DNA of 64,000 nt from IMG/VR virus record IMGVR_UViG_3300029928_000002, positions 91,302 to 155,301 of that record; one strand, given 5' to 3'. This DNA comes from a virus (taxonomy: Duplodnaviria > Caudoviricetes). Below are positions 53,399-61,600 of this stretch, piece after piece (within the stretch, counting starts at the first letter, position 1; each line of letters opens with the position of its first letter). The translations under genes and the position numbers were made by a program. The notes under the pieces were generated by a model. It did no database searches. It saw only the letters and a list, made by a program, of their open reading frames with translations, and was not told the origin of the DNA.

Positions 53399-54016
53399 TT
53401 AAAATATTATCTTTCTGTCATTATACTTATTATTATAAACTACTCCACTATTAGAGGTATCATTTTTGTCATTTATTCCAGAAGTTAATCTACCTCTATT
53501 CCAGTATATATTATTAGCTTCTTCAGTTGTCATAGGAGTTCCGCCTTTCCAAGTATAGTTATTCTTCATAGACTTTCTATTTTCATCTAATTTAATTACA
53601 GTAGCTTGGCCCTATTTAAAGTTAGAATCTTTTAAAGTCTAATCATTTATTCCATACCTAGAATATCTAGCATTTAACTATTTTTGAGCCGGAATTATCT
53701 TTATTTGAGACAATCCTCTCGATATAGGCATAGTCTTTCCTCTAACTATGTTCTAAATAGCCTGCAACATCCAATCAGGCATAGCCGATTTTACTTTGTA
53801 TCTAACACTAGTACCATTCTTACTTTCAACTCCTGTAATATTAACTGCTTGTCTACTTAAATCTGCCCATTGAGAATCTGATATTCCCCTTTCCTTCATA
53901 ATATCATTTCTCAGACTATTAACCCCTTCTATATAATCGTGTAACTATTTATTTCCTCTATTAGGGTTTATTGCAGTTACAGTAACTTCCGGAATACTAT
54001 ATATTGTATCATTCAT
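53399..54016 (-). CDS. Lytic transglycosylase/lysozyme-like protein, 205 aa, TAG recoded
   Basis: Open from ATG 54016 to TAA 53399 with 5 TAGs; ITGVES, SRGLSQIK and YWNRG motifs. Confidence 0.75.
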
Positions 54017-54924
54017 AATCCTAAAAATCCTAGACCTAATAATCCTTTCTTATCTGTACTTGGAGGTTCTTTTTTATCTGAATCCTATTTTTTATCAGGA
54101 TGCCATTTAACTGCTCCTGCATCATATATAGCAGTAATACCATATTTATTAGGATTACTTCTACCACCTAACACATCAGAAACAGGATTATTTAATATGG
54201 TTCCATGAATATTATGTCCCACCATCCACTGATTACCATTATTATATAATACTCCTGTATGAGTTCCTGGTGTTTGGGTATTTTCATCTAAAGATTTTCT
54301 ATAAAACTCTTCCATGTGTGGAGAAGTATTATAATACATATTAACTGGATACATATGCCATTTCTAAAGAATTGTGGTATCAAGATCTTTCTTTACTTCG
54401 TCAGCAGCTTCTCTATGATAATTCATAATCTAAGCTCTGGAAGCCCCTCTCTAAAAATGTATTCCATCATATCCATTAATTACAGGACTATAATGTCTAC
54501 CTACTTGATAAGCATCACCACCAGCATTAATACCATTATTCCTCATCCATGTATTACTAAATGTAGCACATTCTAGAGTTTTATTTCCAAGTCTATCTAC
54601 AGGAGTAGAAGGTATTTGAATATCTTTAGTATAATTCTACCAAGCCTATTCACTTTGAGGACCCCAGTCTCCATCAACAGCTATTTTATAACCAGCTTTA
54701 ACTAATTCCTACTGACGCTACCTAATTTTATCTGGATCATACCCATATCCATGCTTAGCTATCAGTCTTCTATCTTTATCTATTTTTTGCTGTCTATTAG
54801 TATCCCATCTTTTTTGAGTTCTAGATATTAACTGTGTAGTTTTCTTCACACCTCTCTATATAGCTTTCTACAAAATTTGCTATTGGAGTGTTTTTTTATT
54901 TATGGGTTTTGTATAATCTGTCAT
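54013..54924 (-). CDS. Peptidoglycan-binding plus CHAP/NlpC-like hydrolase, 303 aa, TAG recoded
   Basis: 11 TAGs; IR(Q)RQ(Q)ELVKAGYKIAVDGDWGPQSE(Q)AW; ECATF..GDAY..HTGVL; ATGA overlaps at both ends. Confidence 0.8.
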
Positions 54925-55367
54925 AATTTCTTAAATTGAGAATATGTGTGATTCAATATTATTGGTTTATTATTTTGAGAATTAAGTTCAGGAGTTCCAT
55001 CTTCTTTAAGTATCTTAATTTTACAGAAAGAGTTTCTCACTTCCTCAATAATTCCAATTTTATTAATGTCATCTGCATGGGTAGAAATAATCTTTACCTT
55101 ATCTCCTACAGCATAATTCTTATAATTCTTATGAGATTTAAGTTTGGGAGGAGGCAAAGTTCCCTCATTAATACATTTTACAACTTTAGAAGCAGATTCT
55201 TCAAGAATACTAATTAACTTCTTGTTATTCTGTACAGAAATAAATAAGTCAGTAAGTTGATTTATCTTACAAATATCTTTTACTTCTAAATCTGGATATT
55301 GATTTATAATATCTCGTGTGACGCTATTACTGTGAGTAATAATATTATGTAGCTTCTTATTTTTCAT
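54921..55367 (-). CDS. Hypothetical protein with KOW/SH3-like C-terminus
   Basis: VGDKVKII...IGIIEEV. Confidence 0.65.
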   Translation of the reverse strand: MKNKKLHNIITHSNSVTRDIINQYPDLEVKDICKINQLTDLFISVQNNKKLISILEESASKVVKCINEGTLPPPKLKSHKNYKNYAVGDKVKIISTHADDINKIGIIEEVRNSFCKIKILKEDGTPELNSQNNKPIILNHTYSQFKKL

Positions 55368-55369
55368 TA

Positions 55370-56032
55370 TTAATACATTTGTTCTAAAGTAAATCTAAAT
55401 GCTTTATTAAATTCTTCATAAGAAGATTTGGTAGGTTTGATGAATTTATTATGTTTAAAAATATCTTCAATCCTTCGATCTTCTCTGAGAATATCTAAAA
55501 CCTTTCTATCTTCTATCCAAGAATTTACATATATAAAAGTAGCATCGAGTTTGGAAGGAGTTGTTTTAGATACTCCATGAATTTTAATATAACAAAATAT
55601 TGGTTCAAACCATTTTTCTTGTTCTTCTTTAGATAGCTTGAGGATTTCTTTAAGACTTTTATCAGTATTCTTTATCTGATGAATTGCCCTTAAAGTAATA
55701 TAAGATACTGGAAAATTCCACTTCTCTTTAGAGAGCGGAAATTCTGGGTCTAACGCAAATACATTTGCTAATACTATAATAATATGTTCATCAGCTACAT
55801 TATAACAATGTATTGCTAAAGATTGACCTTCAGAGTCATTTAATAGTTTCCAATTATCTACTGTATATGGAATAACAGCAACATAACTATAAAGAGAAAC
55901 TTTACCATATTCTGTATCCTTTGTAAAGTCAGAAGATTCTAATATATGAAATACAGTATTGTTAGGAACTATTACTTCCTCCACTTGGCTCACATAAGCC
56001 CATCTATAAATTTTATACTTTTTCATAACCAT
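55370..56032 (-). CDS. Hypothetical protein
   Basis: 220-aa ORF. Confidence 0.7.
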   Translation of the reverse strand: MVMKKYKIYRWAYVSQVEEVIVPNNTVFHILESSDFTKDTEYGKVSLYSYVAVIPYTVDNWKLLNDSEGQSLAIHCYNVADEHIIIVLANVFALDPEFPLSKEKWNFPVSYITLRAIHQIKNTDKSLKEILKLSKEEQEKWFEPIFCYIKIHGVSKTTPSKLDATFIYVNSWIEDRKVLDILREDRRIEDIFKHNKFIKPTKSSYEEFNKAFRFTLEQMY

Positions 56033-56243
56033 TTCATTATTTCTTTTTCATTAAGATAAATAATAGTTCCAAAGCATTTGCGCTTAACTTCTTCATCAGT
56101 GACTAGATTTTCAACTTCTTCATATAATATACATTGAAGCTGTTTGAAATCTTGTACATAACGCTTTTCTTTAATTACATTTTTAATAACTGCTGTCAAT
56201 ACAGTAACTGTCATAATATAATATTAAATTAGTAAAACAATTG

Positions 56244-56315
56244 TAACCCATAGCAGAATCGAACTGCTCTTTCTAGAATGAAAATCTAGTGTCCTAACCG
56301 ATAGACGAATGGGCT
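56244..56315 (-). tRNA. tRNA-Glu(TTC)
   Basis: Cloverleaf; anticodon arm ctaga-ttTTCat-tctag; GTTCGA T-loop. Confidence 0.9.
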
Positions 56316-56374
56316 AAGATAGTAAACTATCTTCACAGACCGTTTACTATAAATATAAATGAAGTATTTTTATA

Positions 56375-57433
56375 TTATTCTACTGTTACAACTCTATTTG
56401 TATTAAGTTGGTCTGGATTAAACTTATTAGTTTCTCCAAGACCTGAAACCTCAATCTTGTCTTCTGGTACACCAGCTTTTACAAGAAGTTTCTTCACTGC
56501 TTCAGCTCTCTTAAGAGAAAGTGCTTTATTATACTTAGTTGTACCTTCTGTAGAAGCATAGCCAGTAATCTTGATAGTACCATCAATATTCTTAAGTGAA
56601 TCTGCAATATCATAGATATTAGCCATAGAAGTTTCTGTTACTTTAGCAGAACCCTGCAAGAACTGAACCTTAGGATAGATATATTTAACAACTTCCTTAG
56701 ATTTAGCATTCTTAAGAACTTCGATAGTAGCATTTGCATTATCAAGATCTTTCTTCAAATCATTAATCTTGCTATTTAGACCGTCAATCTCATTCTGGTC
56801 ATAGAGCTTAGCTTTCTTAAAACTTGAAGTGCCATTAGAGGTATTAAAGTGGTATACAAGACCTGCAGTTACTTCAAAACAGCCGTTATTCAAGGCTCCA
56901 TTATGCATATCATTCCATACAACTGAAGGATTTACTACAATTGCAAAGTTTCTAGAACTACCAAGATTAAAGTTAAACTCAGTGCCTGCCCTAAAAGTCA
57001 TCCAGTTGTTGTTTGGATAAGCATTCTGATGTCCCCATCCAAGACCAGTATAAATTACTGGTTCAAAAAGATGTCTTCTACCTGAATAAGCAAAAGCATT
57101 TGCAAGATTTGCCTTTAAATAGCCAGAAATATTAATATAGTCAAAAGTTTTGTAAGTATTTCCTACGTTGTTTTTAGTAAGAATTAATGAACGACCGTCA
57201 ATTCCAAAACCAAATACTGGAGTAATATATTTATCAACCCCAATTACAAATGTTGGAAATATATTAGCAGTACTTGCGTAAAAATCGGAAAATGGAGTTG
57301 TTACACCTCCCTGAACTGTAACACTTACATTATCTGTAAATTTAGAACTACCGCTGTAATTAGATTGTGTTTGAGCATTTGCATTAAAGAAAGTTGCAAG
57401 TGCTATTGCCATACTAAAAATAAACTTTTTCAT
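56375..57433 (-). CDS. OmpA-family outer membrane protein
   Basis: Signal peptide, beta-barrel ending AGLVYHF, coiled coil, GYAS.EG..N..LS.KRA..V OmpA-C motif. Confidence 0.9.
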   Translation of the reverse strand: MKKFIFSMAIALATFFNANAQTQSNYSGSSKFTDNVSVTVQGGVTTPFSDFYASTANIFPTFVIGVDKYITPVFGFGIDGRSLILTKNNVGNTYKTFDYINISGYLKANLANAFAYSGRRHLFEPVIYTGLGWGHQNAYPNNNWMTFRAGTEFNFNLGSSRNFAIVVNPSVVWNDMHNGALNNGCFEVTAGLVYHFNTSNGTSSFKKAKLYDQNEIDGLNSKINDLKKDLDNANATIEVLKNAKSKEVVKYIYPKVQFLQGSAKVTETSMANIYDIADSLKNIDGTIKITGYASTEGTTKYNKALSLKRAEAVKKLLVKAGVPEDKIEVSGLGETNKFNPDQLNTNRVVTVE

Positions 57434-57491
57434 AAAACATTTTAATATTTAATTACTAATATCATCTTTTATTTTTATTATTATCTAATAG

Positions 57492-57564
57492 TTGGACTAC
57501 CAAGACTTGAACTTGGAATATCAGAACCAAAATCTGAAGTGTTACCTATTTACACCATAGTCCA
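57492..57564 (-). tRNA. tRNA-Gln(TTG)
   Basis: Anticodon arm tcaga-ttTTGgt-tctga; acceptor tggacta/tagtcca. Confidence 0.9.
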
Positions 57565-57567
57565 AAG

Positions 57568-57703
57568 TGCTTCTGCAAAACCTGCCCGGAAAATCAGAAG
57601 CGTTGTCTTGTACTTCGACATTTATTTCCCCTATGTTGACGGACAAGGGCTTAAACCGGTCTACTCCCTATCGGTCGGTAGACCGGACCGCCAGTACTGC
57701 TAT
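57568..57703. ncRNA. Candidate three-hairpin RNA between tRNAs
   Basis: gcttctg/cagaagc, cttgt..gacat/atgtt..acaag and ccggtctac/gtagaccgg stems. Confidence 0.5.
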
Positions 57704-57733
57704 CTTAGATAACATATTCTACTGGATTATAAG

Positions 57734-57807
57734 TGGTTTAGATGAGACTCGAACTCATAACTTACGCTTTAGAAGAGCGTTACTCTATCCAATTGAGTTA
57801 CTAAACC
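57734..57807 (-). tRNA. tRNA-Arg(TCT)
   Basis: Anticodon arm acgct-ctTCTaa-agcgt. Confidence 0.9.
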
Positions 57808-57817
57808 ATCAATATTG

Positions 57818-57902
57818 TAGCTTTAGGGGGATTCGAACCCCCACGTTCCTTACGGAACATCAGATTTTAAGTCTAATATGTCTACCAATTCCATCATAAA
57901 GC
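57818..57902 (-). tRNA. tRNA-Leu(TAA)
   Basis: Anticodon arm ttaga-ctTAAaa-tctga; long variable arm. Confidence 0.9.
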
Positions 57903-58127
57903 CTTATATTGAAGGAAGATTATGTAAATAAATAAGCATACTAATAATCTTATGCATTTATAAAGATTATTTAATTCCTAATCATTTATAAAAAGATTAT
58001 TTTTTGCTCTATTATATTTACCTCATACATTCGCGAACTGTTGAGTAATCTTCCTTCTTATTTTTAGTAAAACTAATATAAATATACTTTTCTTTTTACA
58101 TTTAAAAATTTATATTTTTTAAGTTTA

Positions 58128-58421
58128 TTATTTTACATTCCATTTTATCGCAATTACATTGTATGGAGAAGTAATAGTACCAACTTTAAAACCTCTACCT
58201 TCTAATTCTTTAGTAAGATTAGGAATAGATACTTCTGATGGAATATTTGTAATTGTCATGTGATCTATACCTAATTTAGAATTGTTGTATATTTCAGTAT
58301 TGAGTTTATTGTGGAAAGATTTAACAATATCTTCTCTGCTGCAAGGTTTGTTATATTTTGCCATCATTGCAGCAGATTCCTCAGTCATTTGAGGAATCTG
58401 ATGTTTTTTAAAAAATCTCAT
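58128..58421 (-). CDS. Hypothetical protein
   Basis: ORF in operon. Confidence 0.65.
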   Translation of the reverse strand: MRFFKKHQIPQMTEESAAMMAKYNKPCSREDIVKSFHNKLNTEIYNNSKLGIDHMTITNIPSEVSIPNLTKELEGRGFKVGTITSPYNVIAIKWNVK

Positions 58422-58777
58422 AAATAAATAATTTCTCCTAATATATATACTTTATAATTGAAATATTTTGAATATGGGTCAAATGATTGAAGTTCCATTA
58501 AAGCACTTTTAACAGTTGACCAATATCCAGAACTGTTGTAAGCAATTACATAGTAATTACCTTCATCATTATAAGTATATTTTAGTTTGACAGTATGCCA
58601 ACCATCATATCTTTTTACATATCCAGTAGTTATAAATATTGGATTCTTTCTTATGGGCTGCTTTCTAATTACTTTAGAAGAATTTGTTACTGGATCATAT
58701 CTAGATAAGAATGGGTCTATCTGAGCACTAATAGTAAGTGTGCTCAGAAGAAGAATGAATAGTAATAACTTTTTCAT
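58418..58777 (-). CDS. Secreted hypothetical protein
   Basis: MKKLLLF..ISA-Q signal peptide typical of Bacteroidota. Confidence 0.7.
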   Translation of the reverse strand: MKKLLLFILLLSTLTISAQIDPFLSRYDPVTNSSKVIRKQPIRKNPIFITTGYVKRYDGWHTVKLKYTYNDEGNYYVIAYNSSGYWSTVKSALMELQSFDPYSKYFNYKVYILGEIIYL

Positions 58778-58917
58778 TTATTTTCTCTACCACTTCTAGT
58801 TGATATATATCTTACATCAGCTTGATTACCAAGCCTATTATATTCCGTGCTTCCAAATAAGCACATTTCATAACCATCTCGTATATCCATAATATTATCT
58901 ATTTTTTTTTATTAGTA

Positions 58918-59367
58918 TTATTTATTATGCTTAGGATTCTTGTATATAATTCTAAGATAGCAACTAAATGTAACTGGGTCTATAGATTCCCATTCTGTGA
59001 TTTTATTAGAATCTATTTCTTTTGCGTCTTGAGCAAGAGCTAAGGTTATATGCTTAGTCTTGCTTGTAGAGGGTGTGATGATGTTAGAACTATTCTTACA
59101 TTCAGATACTCTAAGTGCTATGATATTATCAGCTTTACTAATACCGTCAATAGTAATCATATGAGGCTGTTCATTATTATTAAGAACATATCTCATATCC
59201 TCTATTGGAATATTGTTAAATCTGAAGATAGTCATATGTGGATAATTTATCTGGCGATAATTCTCTTTCTTAGTAAAATCTTCTGGAATAAATGTTCTAA
59301 TCTTGTCCAGTTCTTTGTCTGAAATAAAGATACCTGCGTACAAAATGCGATTAATTTTCTGTGCCAT
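58918..59367 (-). CDS. 2H phosphoesterase family protein
   Basis: Two HxT motifs: PHMTI and KHITL. Confidence 0.75.
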   Translation of the reverse strand: MAQKINRILYAGIFISDKELDKIRTFIPEDFTKKENYRQINYPHMTIFRFNNIPIEDMRYVLNNNEQPHMITIDGISKADNIIALRVSECKNSSNIITPSTSKTKHITLALAQDAKEIDSNKITEWESIDPVTFSCYLRIIYKNPKHNK

Positions 59368-59373
59368 AGTTTT

Positions 59374-59871
59374 TTAAATGTTAGATATTGTTTTAAAGTA
59401 ATTACGTTCTCTTTCTGCTAGTTTGAAGTATTTGTACATATCTGCAACAATACAATCTTCTGTGAGAATTCTTGAATCTAAAGTTTTCTCGTAATACTTA
59501 GAAAATATACTTGTTGCAGATTTTTTGCAAATGTAGTTACAAAGATTAAACAATGCTGTATAAAGCTGTTTGTAAGCTTTAACTTTAGTTATCTTCTTAC
59601 CAAGTTCTTCATTGTAAGTATCTACAACTCTACAAGTAGTACCACCGATTACAGTTATATCCATTGAATCATTCTGGATGTCACTTCTAAAGTTTTCATT
59701 ACTATACTGTTTAGCCCAATCTATAACATATTGTATATAATGCTTTGGGAAACTGACTTGAGTACTAAGATAGCAGCCTGTAATAGGACCAAGCTCTTCA
59801 AAAAGGAAAGAGGGTTTAGTAAAATTAATCATAGTTTTTAAATATTTGGTGAATATATAAGTTCTCTCCAA
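59374..59871 (-). CDS. Hypothetical protein (same motif family as 48253)
   Basis: GGTTCRVVDTYNEELGKKITKVKA. Confidence 0.65.
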   Translation of the reverse strand: MERTYIFTKYLKTMINFTKPSFLFEELGPITGCYLSTQVSFPKHYIQYVIDWAKQYSNENFRSDIQNDSMDITVIGGTTCRVVDTYNEELGKKITKVKAYKQLYTALFNLCNYICKKSATSIFSKYYEKTLDSRILTEDCIVADMYKYFKLAERERNYFKTISNI

Positions 59872-60077
59872 GTAAGACCTCTATATTGTTTGTTTGGATC
59901 AAACTTTTTGAAAACTCCTTTTGAAACTTCTAACTCTAATATTGCGGGTTTTGTTAAATCTTCATTTCTCACATCTATACATTTGTTGTTATGAAAGAAC
60001 AAAGTATAAGTAAAGAGATCTGGAAGTTCAACATAGTCTTTATCTAACCTTACCCATCTTACATTATAACTTTTCAT
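59838..60077 (-). CDS. Hypothetical protein
   Basis: ORF in operon. Confidence 0.6.
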   Translation of the reverse strand: MKSYNVRWVRLDKDYVELPDLFTYTLFFHNNKCIDVRNEDLTKPAILELEVSKGVFKKFDPNKQYRGLTWRELIYSPNI

Positions 60078-60508
60078 GATATTTCTTTTTTAAGACGGTC
60101 TCTTATTTGTTGAAGACCATTGATTAATATTAATTTAAATCTATCTTCAAACTCAGAATCCCTATTATTTAATAAAGATTTGAGTGTTAAATTGTCTGCT
60201 AAATATATGTTATCTGGTGTTATACTATAAAGCTGTTTATTAGAGGTTACTCTAAAAGTTCCATAGATGTCAGCACTAAGACTTGGCGGTAAATAGTCAT
60301 AGAAAACAAATATTAACTTTTTGTAAGTATTGAAAAGAGATATTAAAGAGAGAGAAGCCGTTGACAAAGAATTTATAATTTCTCTGGCTATTTTTAAATA
60401 TCTCTTGCAGAGACGTATATGACGCTGTTTTTCTCTATAGTGAAGGAAAATTCCAAAAATAGAGAAGGAGAGACATATACATAATATTGTAATTGTAGTA
60501 TTATGCAT
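60074..60508 (-). CDS. Membrane-anchored hypothetical protein
   Basis: N-terminal TM. Confidence 0.6.
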   Translation of the reverse strand: MHNTTITILCICLSFSIFGIFLHYREKQRHIRLCKRYLKIAREIINSLSTASLSLISLFNTYKKLIFVFYDYLPPSLSADIYGTFRVTSNKQLYSITPDNIYLADNLTLKSLLNNRDSEFEDRFKLILINGLQQIRDRLKKEIS

Positions 60509-60709
60509 GGTATTTTTCTAAGCTAATACTAAGTAAACAATACTCTGAGGCATTTGTTACCATTTGTTGTGTCAATAGTAACAAAACAACCAAGTGTTAA
60601 AGGGAAACTATTGGGTATTTTATAAGTTCTTCCAAAATCAGTAATGAATGTCTGATGTGAGATAAAATAACCGTGTGTTGTGATTAAAGATGGTTGATAT
60701 GACATAATG

Positions 60710-61600
60710 TGATGGATTTATGAAAATTTTTGAAAATTTTTTAAAATTGGCTTGAGGCCGCCGTTCTGGATTTTTTTGGCCGTCCGAGAAAATTTTTGTT
60801 AGAGGGGTTCTGGAGGGTTTTTGGGGGGCGGGTGAGGTCTGAACCAGGGGTCACACCCCCTAAAATTCCACCTTATACACCTCTCAGCTACCCTCGCATA
60901 TTCAACTCCAAATAACACCCTCAAATCATTTTCTAATACTAACTTACCTATTTCTCATATATAAACCAAATTTTTTTTTGAAGCAGAAGGCTGCTAAAAA
61001 ATTTTGTGGTTGGTAACAAAAAAATTGGTATTCACGCGCGCATTAAATAATAAAATGTGGAGATTAAAAAATGTACATCTGAATTACTTCTCCTTTTATT
61101 TTTCTACATTTAATTGTATACAAATATAGTTTTTATATTTAAATGTAATCTAGAAGATAGGTTTAATATCTAATATTTATGTTTTACTATTTGATTGGCA
61201 TATTTAATTATATATCTGCCACTTTTATTTGTAAATAAGTACATCATTTATGTCTAATAATTTCTTATATTTAATTCTAAACTGCATTTAAATTTTTTTT
61301 TGATTTATTTTTTAAATATCCTTATCTTTATCTATACCCGTAAGTACTACTTTTTTTTTTTTTTTTACCCTATACTAGATGGATTTGAGATTTTTTTGAC
61401 CCCCTGTGAATACATCTAAAGAAGTCTCCAGATATACTGGTTTGGACCGTGGGTCACAAAATTGTGATATTTTTTTTTAATTTTCCTACAGCAATTTGCG
61501 GCTTAAAATGACATCTTTAAATTTCAGATAATATCTATTAATAATATCTAAGATAGTCTTATACTTTTTTAAAATAAGTATCCTTACAAAGTTTAAGTAA
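60710..61600. promoter_or_regulatory. Divergent non-coding control region, candidate origin or genome terminus
   Basis: Coding strand switches here; G/C-run patch, homopolymer tracts, short repeats. Confidence 0.55.

Noticed and set aside
57734-57807. Possible amber suppressor tRNA (loop contains CTA)
   Set aside because: The 7-nt loop CTTCTAA places TCT at the anticodon, so it is Arg. No CTA-anticodon tRNA or release-factor gene is seen in this window.
57567-57899. 110-aa plus-strand ORF
   Set aside because: Antisense to two tRNAs and the structured RNA; a shadow ORF.
9574-59322. Numerous plus-strand ORFs inside the minus-strand block (e.g. 9574, 11764, 29408, 34872, 39665, 54316)
   Set aside because: They lie antisense to well-supported genes and have no motifs.
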